Assembly (NCBI GenBank): GCA_032718475.1
Contig: JAUCBJ010002643.1
Coordinates: 16,636 to 80,635, forward strand
Source: Nemertoderma westbladi
Lineage: Eukaryota; Animalia; Xenacoelomorpha
DNA: 64,000 bases
Direction: 5' to 3'
Shown here: positions 1-12,287 of the stretch, piece by piece
Position numbering within the stretch: the first letter of the stretch is position 1
How the letters are laid out: each line of letters starts with the position of its first letter
Position numbers and translations under genes: made by a program
The notes under the pieces: generated by a model
Databases searched by the model: none
Seen by the model: only the letters and a program-made list of their open reading frames with translations
What the model was told of the DNA's origin: nothing

Positions 1-60
1 AGGAAACCTGGAATTGTCTTCGAGACACAGCAGCTCAATCGCCCAGTTTGTCGTTTATGT

Positions 61-676
61 GGGGCGAGACACGTAGTCGGCGAGCCTTGGCATACGGTTC
101 ATATAGGGCAAATGGGGCATGTCCGTCTGTCTGTCTGTCCGTCCGTCTGTCTGGTAAATGTTTGAACGCGAATTTCTCGGCATCGCTCGTTCGGAATTGA
201 ACCAAACTTAGTAGGTAAGTAGTAGAGAGAAAGTTTAGAAAGTTTGTAAAGTTTGGTGAAAAATCATGCAGTCTGACGTCAGCTACGACAGATTATGTGG
301 TTTTTAGAAAATGTTAAATTTCTCGGGAACGCCACATTTTCCTGAGCTGAAATTTTGGTTGCTTGTAGAGAATCATGAAGTCTATCTTTTACGAAATTGA
401 AAAGCTAAGACATTTAATTGGGGATCTGCTAGAGACTCAGAAGTAATGACATAGGCCTACCGGTACGGTACTGCTGTACAGTGCTGCACTGGTAAGTACG
501 AAATTGCAGAATAACAATTTGACACCACCTAGCGGATTAACATATGATTGTATATCGAATGAATACATTTATAGCATGGGATATTGGGTCCAAACTAGAC
601 ATGCCCCATTTGCTCTATATGAACGGTATGCCAAGGCTTGCCGACTACGTGCTGCGCGAAGTCCCCACGAACGTGT
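61..676 (+). mobile_element. Non-autonomous Helentron/DINE-1 (HINE)-like element inserted in the BEL pol end
   Basis: Absent from the homologous site in copy B (GTCGTTTATGT|TTACTGGA); inserted between T and T with no clear TSD. ~55-bp subterminal inverted repeat (70-123 vs 598-651), (GTCY)n microsatellite at 120-152, short 3' hairpin CACG-AA-CGTG. Confidence 0.65.
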
Positions 677-2776
677 TTACTGGAAAGAGACAGAGAACTC
701 TCCGGAAACTATGGAAGGCAAGATACTCTTCCCACGACCACCTCCCTAATCCAACAAACATCTAGGGACTCCCCAACGTAACAGCGTCTGGAGTGGGTGT
801 GTGACTATATTATTTTATATTTGTTTTTATTATTTTATATTTATGTAAGTATTATTATGTAATTTTATTATAATCGTTTTCTTTAATTTTATTTAGTAGA
901 ATGTTATTTTAGCGATTATTTAGTAGATTAGTGCAATATATATTCGCGTTTATTACTTAATTACTTATATATTATATATTTAGAGCGACGGCGAGAAATA
1001 ATTCTTTTTCTCTTTCCTTACTGTCCGTATTACATTACAAATACGTAACTACAGTAAGATGAAATATCCGTACTTATTAAAGTACAATAAAGCTCCTACT
1101 ATATTCAAGTATTATTGGTAAAGTAGAGTATTAGGAATGCAAAATTCAGATCCTCGTGTCTCGGCTAAACCAAGCTCTGGGTAGACCTTGGAAACGACTT
1201 GCCTCTTCTCACTGACATTGCTTCTTGCGATATTGCTCTCATACCGTATATTAAATAATACATATACAGTAGTAGCGTGATGTCCCTTTAACAGTAGCGT
1301 ACAACGCAAATAAATCTGTTAAACCCTTTGACCATCTGTAATTCTAGTCGATTAAGATATCGCGGCACCCACCGATATACTTGAAAGACAAAATTCTAGA
1401 ATCAATGGTTAACGTCCCCAGACAAGTTCTGGAATAAACTGGTGCCCATCCTAAATATTAACTATTAATATTTATAAAATCTGTCAAATTTTAGATCCTT
1501 TAAAATTCTAGTCTATTAAGATATCGTAGCACTTACCGATATTCTTAAAAGATCAATTTCCTAGAATCAAGGATCCCAGTCCCCAGACATGTTCTGGAAT
1601 AAAATTGTGTCTATTTAATATTCAATAATAAAATTTACGGGAATAAATTTAAATTCATCTTTTAATGAATTTGATAAATTGTCATTTTTATACAATTTAT
1701 AACATTCCCAAAATTCCATTAATTAATAGATCATGGGAGCGGAGATTCACCCTATTAAGTATATTAGTGTGCGAGAATCTCCAATATATAGTCAATAGCC
1801 GATAAAATTCATAAAATCATGTATAAAGAGAAATATTGACAATTAAAGAATTACTATTAAATAGCATCCCAGATCTGTATGCATGGGAATTACCCTAATT
1901 CTACCGCTAGCTTTCCATAATGTCACCATGGCAACAACCACGCTAGAATTAGAAGTGAGTTAAAAGAACAATAAAGCTTGCCCATTGAATAGCATAAGGA
2001 ATAAATAGCGCACTGCTAGTATCCAAGGATACATAATAATAAAGTGACATTCTGGAAGGCACTGACTAACGGACAAATGGCCCGAATGTACGTGCGATTT
2101 GTGACAGTTGTGTGGAATTTGTGCGTTTATAGGTGAATGTTACTACTAAAGTGTGTTTACAGTAGCGAGTCGCAATTGTGAAAGTAGCCCTAACTCTCCA
2201 GTAAGAACCTGAAGTAAATCTAAGCCTTTGGGACGGACGGTGGAGTGACTCGAGCTGGTTGTTGTGGTCGTTGTGCAGCTACTACGTTGGCGATAGGCAC
2301 ATCGGCGAAAGTACACCAGCGCTGAGGATCTTGCGCTGTCCGGGGGCCGAGAGGGGTAGGCAGCGACGCCCGCTAGCCTAAATATAAACTCATTATAATA
2401 TTGATAAACTCATATAGCAGATATGACTGAGTTGATAGAAGATGATCTTGGTATCAGGGAGCGATATACTCTACCTTTACAAGCGTTTGTTGATAGCTTG
2501 ATACGCGGCGACGCTGGTCCAACTACTACGGAGGACGATGGTCGTTATATCGAACCGCCAATGTCCCAGGAGCAACTTACGCGTGAATTGGACTATAGAA
2601 AATTCACCGCTCGCTATACGCATCGTAATGGTACGTATTTTATTTATTTTATTTATTCCTTTATTTCAAACCAAACAAGGTTCATAGTAAAAACAATACA
2701 CCGATCAGACAATATAGTTTACACGATACAGTACTAAATTATGAAAATGAATATTTAATAGCACAATATTTAGATA

Positions 2777-5617
2777 TTAATCGTAAAGTAGGAACAGGTC
2801 ATTCATGGCCCTAATTCTAGATTCTGTGCAACATGTGCGAATCACATTAATAATGCTATTGGTACTGGTATCCAAGCGCCGTGATAGGCTCTCAATAGCA
2901 TTGGCTCTAATATGTACAAAGGATGGTAATCCAAGTAAGCTGCAGGTTAGCGACATACTTGTGGGAGTTGTGTCGTTAGCCATTCTCGGAATTTTAAAAA
3001 GCATTCGAATGCTACTATTATATGCAGTGCGCAATTTGTTGTGGACAGACATAGAATAGTTCGCTCTAGCCCAAAGCGCGTTGCCATAAACATTAGTACA
3101 ATAGGAACGAAAAAGACGTATTTTTACATTCCTAGCACAATTACCAAAATTCCTAACCAAGTAGTTTGCTCTTGCATACAACGCACAAGTCTGGCGCTTT
3201 ACATCATAATCATCGTCAGTAGACGAGTGGATTACGTGGCCAAGAAATACAATTTTATCTACAATATCAATAGGAGTGCCTAATAAGTACACATTACCAA
3301 ATATAGACTTGCTACAGCATTTCGGGATAAAATATATACATTTTGTCTTTTTTAAATTAAACTTAATTGAGAATAGGTCAGCATAATCCATACATATATT
3401 TAGTAGTTGTTGTAAACCAAACATAGTATTGGATAGCAGTGACAAATCGTCCGCATATCCTACGTGATTGATCCTTCTACCGTTAATAGAGCAACCAAAA
3501 TTGCACCGATTTAAAGCTGCACTTAAATCATCCATATATACGTTAAATAAATATGGGCTCTGGATCCCCCCTTGTTTTGTACCATTGGTGACATGAAATT
3601 TACTCGAACTAAATTTACCCCACGAAACAAACAGTAATTGGTTACGATACCAAAAGCATATTATTCTAACAAAAATAACCGGTACACCCCTAGTAATTAA
3701 TTTAGAAAATAGTAAATAATGATTACATCGATCAAATGCCTTGCTGGCATCCAACATACAAGTAAATACCGGGCTATTATTTTGTAAATAAAAATTTACT
3801 GTCTCCTTAAAAGCGAGGATACACAGTTCAGTGCCCGATTTCGGTTTGAAACCAAACTGATTGTCTGTAGTATCTAAGTATCTACTTACATTAGAAAGTA
3901 TCAGCCTCTCAAATAGTTTGGAGAATACAGTTGAGATTGCAATACCTCTATAATTATCACTCGAGGTGATATCACCTGTCTTGTCCTTAATTAAAGGAAG
4001 TAGTATCTTAGACTCAATAAGGCCAGGTGGTATATAGTCATGGCACAACATTGAATTAAATAAACAAGATAGAATGCTACACAATAACTCTGTACAGCCG
4101 TATTTAAGATGTTCCGAAGATATATCATCTGTACCTATTGCTTTACCAACGGCCAATTGGCTAATAGAGTTAAAAATATCCTCTTTACAAAATGTATAAT
4201 CATTAACGGAGGGAATACTTTCAAATTGACTCTCAACAAAAACTCGGCTAGTGTCAGGAAGGTCACAGTTATAATATAACTTGAAAAAATGATCCTTCCA
4301 GGGGTTTCCTATTTGCTCTTCGCCTACGGCTTCCCCGACCTTGTTAGGGAGAGGGCTCTGGTTGGTCGATACTTTATGTACCTGAGACCAAAACTTAGTG
4401 CTACCAGCAGTGGAGTCTAACATCGCGTCAGCCAGTTTGCCATCACGTATCTCCCGTTCGCGACGCTTAACCTGTCGTAAGACACGCTTAAACCGCGCTT
4501 TTGATGTTAGGTACTGCTGGTAGGCGGCACCTTGTCTAGGCGAGCCCTGGGATCGCCATAAACGAAAAGATAGGTGGGCCTCATTATGAAAAGAATCAAC
4601 ATAGTCATTCCATCCAGGTATCTGTTTATCTGCAGATCCCGTTGCACCTTTATGTATCACAGTTGGTATAGTCCTATCAGCAGCTACTTTAAGCGCCTCG
4701 CAAACTGCGATATATAATTTTTCAATTGCACCACTATGACATTCATTTGCACATTTGGTATTATTGCAACGATTTAATATATCAATTAGTTCATGTGATT
4801 AATAAGTAATATTGTCAGGGGAGGCTTTACTCCAATTCAAACTCGATTTGGTTGTACCACTATTTGTACTGCTGCTATTAGCACCTATTGAAATATTAAT
4901 ATGAATATTAAAACGTATGGGCTTGTGGTCAAGTAATACAGCACTATAGTCTATAAAAAAGTTATTTACAGCACCTGTAAGGCCGGCCGTACAAACAACG
5001 TGGTCTAACCACGAAGTCGTACCATGAGCACCACTAACGAAAGTATACGAGTTATCTGGTAAACAATTAACATCAGCTAAGTAATAATTATGCTCGTCAA
5101 CCCAATCACATAATTTACTGTAAAAATTTGTGCCGCGGCCAGCATTAAAATCGCCAGCAATACAGCACGGTACCTCAGATGATTCTATTATACCTTTAAG
5201 TCTACCTAAATAATCTTCATATAGATCTTCATTATCAGCTGATTGATATGGTAGGTATACATTCAGCAATAAATATTTTTGACCATTTTTATCAGTTATA
5301 AAAAGCCCCATAACGCGATCATCACCAAACGTTACAGGTTGCACCTGCGGGGCAATATTCTTACTCCACAGACACGCTAGGCCTCCATAAGGTCGACCAC
5401 GGAGTAGCTCGGTACTGTAGTCTACTGAGCTTATACCATGTGCCAGGTAATTATCAGGGCTTATACTGTGTAGATAATCTAACTCCTGTTTTACCAGCAT
5501 ATGTTCCTGAATTAGAATAATATCAGGTTCACTTTCGACAATTCTACTTAAAGCGTGTCTAGATACACCGCGCTTAATTGAGTTGCAATTATATGAATAT
5601 ATACAGAGACGATCCAT
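2777..5617 (-). pseudogene. LINE ORF2 endonuclease-reverse transcriptase with one premature stop (4799-4801)
   Basis: APE motifs SYNCNS, IQEH, NVYLP, GDFN, SWLDH; RT motifs QFGFK, LDASKAFD, QGGIQSP, YADD. ORFs 4799-5713 and 2777-4660 are in the same frame and the intervening segment reads open (SHELIDILNRCNNTKCANECH...). Confidence 0.9.
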
Positions 5618-5717
5618 AATGAATAGCAAAAAAAAAAGGAAAAAAAATATATATATATTGTTGATATACAATGTGTAATTTATTACAACGTCAAATAATA
5701 TTAACAATATCATTCAA

Positions 5718-6758
5718 CTAGGTGATCTGTGTCACACCCCCATTAGCAGTTGCTACCTGGTTTTCCGGCGTTGCTACCTTAGACCCTGGTTTAGTCCATT
5801 GCGCAGAGTTGCGTAAATTTACATAGAACGGCCTAACCCTAGAGTATCGAGGCCAGCACTCCGGATTAAGGAGTTTCTCTCGATCGCCATCACGGCAGGA
5901 CAGCATGTACGAGTTATAAGCTGTTTGATACGGTAGCGTGTACTCAGCGCACGTAATCTCCACATCAAATGTATCCTTCACATAAGATAATATGTTTTCA
6001 CATGACATACCATTGGCGACACCAGACAGCAGAATTGATCGCATCGGCTCGACAGTCGCTAGGCCGCAGCCAACCGTATCTTTGGTACCGGCAATGACGT
6101 TCCGGGACTTGCGTTTACTGTTCACCGGCGCTTTCGGCTCGTTCCGTGTGGCCGGATTGCGATCCTTGCCGCGCGTCTTCTGTTGGCGTTTCCTCTTACG
6201 AGCAGGACAATGTTTACCGTCCACACCGACCTCCGTGAAGTCGTCCCCCGATGAGGAGGTCGATCCGTCCGACGAATCAGCCGCTGGACTAGTAGGAATC
6301 TCGCACGGGTTATTTCTCGTTCCATGTGATGGTGGTCCTCGGGTTTGACCCCGACGAAGTCCCTTCGACACAGGAGGTTCGACCAGCAGTGCGTCGCGAT
6401 ATACGGTACTGGTAGTCTGTTCTTTGCCCTTAGTCTTGGTTGAGTTCGGGCGGTTGGCTCCATTGCCGTGGTCGGCAACACCTGAACCGGAGGAGGCATT
6501 GGTTGTTGCCTTCTCCCCGGCTGCCTGTGCTGTTGGAGCGTGAAGGCCTGGACCTGGAGTGCCTGGTACAATCCCGTGAGTTCTGCAACATGACTCGAGA
6601 ACCGCCACACGGTCTTGAAGACCGCTAATCCTGTTGAGTAGGTGCGCTAGATCAGCAGCCGACGTACTAAATGGAGGAATATTCTGTAAGTCCTTTGGGA
6701 TAAACCGGGGACCCGGAGTAAGTTTCCTAAACGCCGGGTAGTCGAGAATATCGAATAT
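5718..6758 (-). CDS. LINE ORF1 protein (N-terminally truncated)
   Basis: Frame open from the insertion boundary (IFDILDYPAF...PKDLQNIPPF...DLAHLLNRI) into the 296-aa ORF; C-terminal RRM-like segment ending LLNPECWP..SRVRPFY as in CR1/L2/Proto2-type ORF1s. Confidence 0.75.
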   Translation of the reverse strand: MFDILDYPAFRKLTPGPRFIPKDLQNIPPFSTSAADLAHLLNRISGLQDRVAVLESCCRTHGIVPGTPGPGLHAPTAQAAGEKATTNASSGSGVADHGNGANRPNSTKTKGKEQTTSTVYRDALLVEPPVSKGLRRGQTRGPPSHGTRNNPCEIPTSPAADSSDGSTSSSGDDFTEVGVDGKHCPARKRKRQQKTRGKDRNPATRNEPKAPVNSKRKSRNVIAGTKDTVGCGLATVEPMRSILLSGVANGMSCENILSYVKDTFDVEITCAEYTLPYQTAYNSYMLSCRDGDREKLLNPECWPRYSRVRPFYVNLRNSAQWTKPGSKVATPENQVATANGGVTQIT

Positions 6759-8150
6759 CGTATATGGACTTCTTAACTACCGGCCATCCTATCGATTTAC
6801 ACGATACGGACGATGTAGACACCGAAAGGGAAATGCTTTTATTTAAATATCCTACCCAGCGGAGGCGGAACGATAAACCGAGAATGGAACACGAGAATTC
6901 TATTCGAAACAGACTCGAAAGAGAAGACATTGAAGATCCGGATAAACGCAGCGACTTCAACGATTATCTGGAATTCCTGAGAGAAACATATCTCAGTATT
7001 GCCAATCAACAAAATCTAGAAACTCGATATCCTCAAGGTATACATCATGATCCTATGATAGAACTCAAACGACTCTATTTCACTATAATGTATCTTACTG
7101 CCGATCGACCGCTACCTGTCATCCCAGATAGCTTCGAACAGATGGAGGAATATTGTAAAACCGAATAAATATCACCCGCGTTTCCCCTACAAGACGTGCG
7201 TCTTTGGTATTATTGCGATGAATGCCCAAGACCCAACCAACAAACGGAAAGACATAAACATCCGCGGAGACGTTGCTTTAAACACGGTTTTACTCGCTAT
7301 ATTTACGGGAGTTTCGAGCGAAACTTGTTCGATGTATCACCTACGCTCGCTCGATTCAAACGATCCTTAAATAAACCTATGATCAGAGTTCCGGAATACT
7401 CGGTCAGACCTCCTCATTCCCTAGTTAGACCTCAGACTCTTGATCCTAATAGTATCACGGATCCTCCCGAACTGTACTCACTGTTCAAAGATCTAGTGTT
7501 ACCCGAACAGTTAGTCGGTGGCACTCCGGTTGTGGGCTCCCTAAATATTCACCCATCTTACTTAGTCGGATCGGGATGCGGACATCTAATATCGCCATTC
7601 AACCGTATCATCGTCCCTGTTTAACCCGATACAACCTGTCACCGAGGCGGAGGAAAGAGTTGTACGAAACGCGTTAGACACTATTCGTCAAAAGATCGGA
7701 AAATGAACCTATAATTGTTTAGAGAAACGTAAATTGCAGCTGCAAGTCCAAGCGGTAAACGAATTAGCTTTATCTCAGTTCGATCAGGAAATTCAGAATC
7801 TCTAAGAAGATATCGAACTTGGACGACCCTATTCTCTGCAAGAGTTTTGGATGAACGCATCCAACGATAAGCGGAGGAAAATCAGCTCGAGGAGAAGCAT
7901 ATCGAAATGGACGAGACATCGACCGTAACCCTAAAACCTTCCGATGCAATTATATTGCACACTTTACCCAGGAGTTATAGCCCTCCTAGTAAAGTGGCTC
8001 GCCCCAAAGAGAAAAAGACTCTTGCTAGCCTCCAAAAAACTGCATAAACGCCGTCCGCGTAAGAAAGACTAACTGTTTAGAGTATTTTTATATTTTAGAA
8101 ACTGTGATTTTTTATATTTTATAGAATTAAATCCCATTTTCTGGGAGCGG

Positions 8151-9306
8151 TGTAAAGGCTTTTGCGGATCTAGCTAGTTATTTTTCCCGCAAAGTACTCT
8201 GTAGGTGTTTTAACGGGCATAAAAAGCCGTTTCCTTACTGTACCGGTGTTTTAGTGGACATAAAAAGCCATTTCTTCTGTATGTGTACTTTAGCGGACAT
8301 AACTAGCGATCTTATGTCGCAATAAGCCAAAATCCTCTTGATACAGTGTAGTTACCATGACGACATCTAACAGCTGATATGTCCATGTGTAACATTTCTT
8401 TGTTCTTTGTTCGTTCTTGTTCGGTCAACCAATCAGAGCGTTTTTTGACTCTGTGTTGGAGATTGTATACAGAAACTCATGCGATTCAGTCAGTATGTGT
8501 ATTTTGTCCACAGCCATAAGACCGGCTTTGGAATTCTGTGTTTTCAGGATTTAGTCAAACATTAGTAGGCTTGATCATAGAAACGTATAACTGTTATCAA
8601 ACAATCTGATCCTATCAATGCAAATCATATTGTCAACTACAAACACCGCATTTTTACTGCTATTTACTGTCGGTTATTAATTATATCAGTTGATGGAATA
8701 TTATTATATTGGATAATATCGCTAAATAATCAGAAACTCCAATCTTCTTGATATACTGAAGGTTAGAGAGACCGGTTACATATAACAATTGCGACTTACA
8801 TTAAAGTGGTTTTGGAGTGAATCTAATGCTATTTCATAGGCACTACATGAGTCGGTTCTTGTTCTCTTTATATGTGACTAAAATTAGTGAAGGTCGGCAG
8901 ATCGGTGTGCAGCATTGTGCGGTAGTGTGCATGATTGTGACTGATAACAAAGCATCTCCTTAAGAATGCGCTTTATACGTGAATCCATAGCCATCCCGTT
9001 GTGTCTAGTATAAGTCATAACTCTGTTTACATATTTAGAGCGCCACGTCCTAAAGGAAAGTGAATAATATTTGTCAGAAATTATATATTAACGATCAGTC
9101 GAATAATACAGTAGGCCTACAACGCAATAAGGTCAAAGCTTCCGAATCCAGTCTCCCGGGTATATCCAGCGGGTGAATGGTCGCGCATAGACTGGCTTCG
9201 GCTAATGTAGTGTATCAAATACTCGTCATAGGCTAAAGTCGATTTATAATCTAGAAGACATCTAAATTTGGCAGGTTAAACTGCTAAAGGTCTGAAAGCG
9301 CGAACA
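8151..9306 (+). repeat. 3' LTR of BEL copy A (~1156 bp)
   Basis: Starts TGTAAAGGCT after the PPT and ends AAAGCGCGAACA. ~8520-9306 aligns in inverse with 11003-11805; the first ~350 bp do not align. Confidence 0.8.
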
Positions 9307-9502
9307 GATATAAAGTCGCGTTACGTCCTAAAGGGGATTAGGTCCCATTGCCATATAGCGTTAGGTCCCATTGCCATTTACAGGAGCAGGTTAGTAAAGG
9401 AGCAGATTACAGAGGCGTGTTTGGGGAACCAAAACAATAAACGAAAGTTAACACATGTGTTTCATACAGGTCTTTGTTATTTGGGTCTTTGCTTTTTAGT
9501 CA

Positions 9503-9609
9503 CCCGATTTAAATGAAAAAAAATCTGATTTAAATCAAATAAATCAGATTTAAATAAAAAAAATCTGATTTTTTTTATTAAAAAAAAATCATGATTTTTA
9601 TCAACCCTG
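9503..9609 (-). mobile_element. Terminal fragment of a probable DNA transposon (CAGGGTTGATAAAAATCA end with GATTTAAAT sub-repeats)
   Basis: TIR-like terminus with A/T-rich subterminal repeats, abutting the 3' end of the RTE fragment; partner end not found. Confidence 0.35.
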
Positions 9610-10735
9610 CACCCATGACATTTGCTAGATCATCCGCTTCTTCAAGGGCAGTGTCCTTTAAGATGCGTCTCAAGAAAGTCATGGGCTGTCCACCATGCTT
9701 ATTCAGTCCATGAGGCTGCCAAAGTATAAGTTTATGCAATGGCTGGTCCTCACGGTGAAAGCAATGTCCTGCAAAGCGGAGGCGATTTTGTTCTAGTGTC
9801 AAGCTTGGGGGAACCAATGAGACACCTCCAATGTTATATAGTGTTTGGTTGGAGATGTGTGCATTGTACTTGACACAATGTACCCGGCGTAGTATTCTTG
9901 TGAATGTGCCATCCAGAGATTTGGTGTCCTCAGCAGTTAGAGCCCAACATGGACTCTCATAGAGAGGTACTGGAACTACTGCTGCTCTAAATAATCGGAC
10001 CTTAAGTTTCCGATTAATTCTCGGTGACTTCCAAATCCTGCAAAGCATATTCAGGCTGCCCAATGCTTTCCCTTACGTATTCGAAGGTCCTCATCTGACT
10101 TCCGGATCCATGATCCCAGGTAACAGAAGTCGTCCACATGCTCAAGCATACCATCCTTTGAGCTTATGCTCATCCGATCAGAGACTTGCTGAGGACTTTC
10201 AAAGTTAACTGTCAAAATTTTGGTCTTTCTGGAGTTAATACAAAGACCAACACTAGAAGCAGCATGTTCTAATGAGCTGAGGAGCCGTTGGGCTCCCTCT
10301 TGTGATTCTGAGAGTACTCCTAAGTCATCAGCAAAGTCTAGATCAGTTAGGTACTTGGCAGGATTTCCTCGACTTCTGGAGCCAGTAGGTGGAGTTATCA
10401 TCACCCCATCATCATTATGAGGATCTAAGAAGGACGTGCGTAGAACATAGTCAACCACAATTATGAACAAGAATGGTGCAAGTGTGTCTCCCTGGAGGAC
10501 TTCCCATAACACTTCAAATGGTTCTGTGTCAACGTCAACAGTAGACACAAATGTTGTCGAACCATCGTATACTGATCTGATTGCTGCAATAATTTCATCA
10601 GGAATCCCATATAATGAAAGTATGCTGAACATACGTGAGAGAGAGACTGAATCAAAGGCCTTGAAGAAGTCAACAAAGATAACAGCCAGATGCCTATCTT
10701 TCTTTTTTGATAACTCTTCTTTTATCCTTCGGGTA
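9610..10735 (-). pseudogene. RTE-clade LINE fragment (RT and C-terminal region), 5'-truncated and frameshifted near 10055
   Basis: FVDFFKAFDSV, VLQGDTLAPFLFIIVVDYVLR, LDFADD, FCYLGS; continues in another frame with IWKS...LKVRLF...RLRFAGHC. Confidence 0.85.
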
Positions 10736-10869
10736 TCGTATGGGCTCCATGGTCCCACGAATGCCGAATTGGCCGAATGCCAAAATAAGGATCACGAGAC
10801 GAATTACAGAAATGCTGAAATGTTTGATCCTGTTTAAACACTTAGTTAGTAGGCCTACAACATGAATAA

Positions 10870-11002
10870 ACCATGCAGTTAGATGTATAATAATACTGTT
10901 CGGGTTTGCAATTAGCACAACATTAATTTGACAATGCAGTTAGGTGTATAATAATATTGTTTGGGTTTGCAGTTAGCTCAACATTAAATAGACCATGCAG
11001 TT
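10870..11002. repeat. 61-bp tandem repeat, left part (BEL copy B target site)
   Basis: ATGCAGTTAG(A/G)TGTATAATAATA.TGTT..GGTTTGCA units at ~10873, 10934, 10995; resumes at 23867. Confidence 0.8.
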
Positions 11003-12209
11003 TGTACGCGCTTTTGAAGGCCTTTAGCAGTTTAACCTGCCAAAATTTATATGTCTTTTGGTTTATAAATAGACTTTAGAAGTTGACAAATATTTAATAC
11101 CAATAAACACAACATTAGCAGAAGCCAGCCTAGTGCGCGTCCATTCACCCGCTGGATATACCCGGGAGACTGGATTCTGAGGGCTTAGATTATTATTGCA
11201 GTGTAAGCTTACTGTATTATTCGATTGATCGTTAATAAATAATTTCTGACTAATATTATTCACTTTCGGGAAATATTAACAGTTCCTTTAGGACGTGGCG
11301 CTCTATCTAGGTAAACAGAGATATGACTTATACTAATCACAACGGTAAGTCGGTAAGGCTTATGATTCACGTATGAGGCGCATTCTTTAGGAAATGCTTA
11401 GTTATCAGCCACAATCATGCACGCTACCGGTAACACACAATACTGCTCACTAATTTGCCGACCGTCAATGAATTTTATCATATATAAAGAGAACAGCAAC
11501 TGACTCATGTAGTGCTTATCAAATAGCATTAAATTCACTACAAACCACAATAATATAAGTCGCAATCGCTATATATAACCCGTCTCTCTAACCTGTAGTG
11601 TATCAAGAAAATTGGGAAATTTGGGTTCTTTATAAATGTTCTCCAAATAATAATATTCAACCAAAACACAACAGTAAATAGCATTAAGACGGTAGGTTAA
11701 GATGGTAACACTGTTTGACTGGACCGATAACAGTTATACGCTCTATAATCTAAAGCCTACTAATGTTTCTTCTAAAGTCTGAAACGAATTGACTCTAGAG
11801 CCGGTGTTCCTGGCCTAGATAGAAACAACACAACAGTAACAAAAACACTCTCTGACTCTAACACCGTTGCAGGTATCTTTTTACAAAGAGAGGAATCGCT
11901 CTCATTGGCAGAACACCAGATTCCACAGGTTCCACGAATATCTAAATGCCGAACTATCAGGATTTTTGCAGCCCTTGGCCAACACACAAAATGAGTCACT
12001 CCGCTCGGTTGCCCTGGTTGCATACTCTGCTGATATAGCTCTGGTTGGCCGATAGAACGTAGTAAAGAGCCCCTCGTATAACAAATCAGCCAATCAGCCG
12101 GTCGCTTTGCATCATTCGAGTTAGAGAGCTTTTTAGAGTATTCCAGCGCCTGGGGGGGAACTGGATTGCAAAGCAAAAGGGCCAGTTATATCCCACAGAA
12201 GCTTTTACA
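11003..12209 (-). repeat. 3' LTR of BEL copy B
   Basis: Near-identical to 22660-23866; adjacent to the PPT. Confidence 0.95.
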
Positions 12210-12287
12210 CCGCTCCCAGAAAATGGGATTTGAGTCTATTAATATACAAAAATCACAGTTTCTAATATACGTAAATACTCTAAACAG

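Larger units (their letters stand above)
2639..6758 (-). mobile_element. LINE (APE-type; Proto2/CR1-L2-group-like), 5'-truncated within ORF1
   Basis: 5-bp TSD CGTAT (2634-2638, 6759-6763); (AATAA)-type 3' tail at 2639-2666; contains ORF1 and an EN-RT ORF2. Confidence 0.9.
2423..8072 (+). pseudogene. Extra (env-position) ORF of BEL copy A, split by the LINE insertion and carrying stop/frameshift lesions
   Basis: MTELIEDD...RNGTY (2423-2638) continues as MDFLTTGH... (6764) once the LINE is removed, exactly as in the uninterrupted copy B. In-frame stop at 7166-7168. Ends in SDAIILH..RSYSPP..KRRPRKKD like ORF 12288-13181. Confidence 0.75.
1..9306 (+). mobile_element. BEL/Pao LTR retrotransposon copy A, 3' part (pol end, long 3' region, extra ORF, 3' LTR); continues left of the window; interrupted by a HINE-like element and a LINE
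   Basis: 1-60 plus 677-781 encode TQQLNRPVCRLC/LLERDRELSGNYGRQDTLPTTTSL, matching the C-terminus of ORF 15364-19539. 677-2638 is an inverted homolog of ~13520-15470. PPT-like TTTTCTGGGAGCGG at 8137-8150 is followed by TG...CA LTR 8151-9306. Confidence 0.85.

Noticed and set aside
11063-12176. Short ORFs within the BEL LTRs (also 22720-23750)
   Set aside because: Duplicated only because the LTRs are; one is altered by a substitution between LTRs; no recognisable domains.
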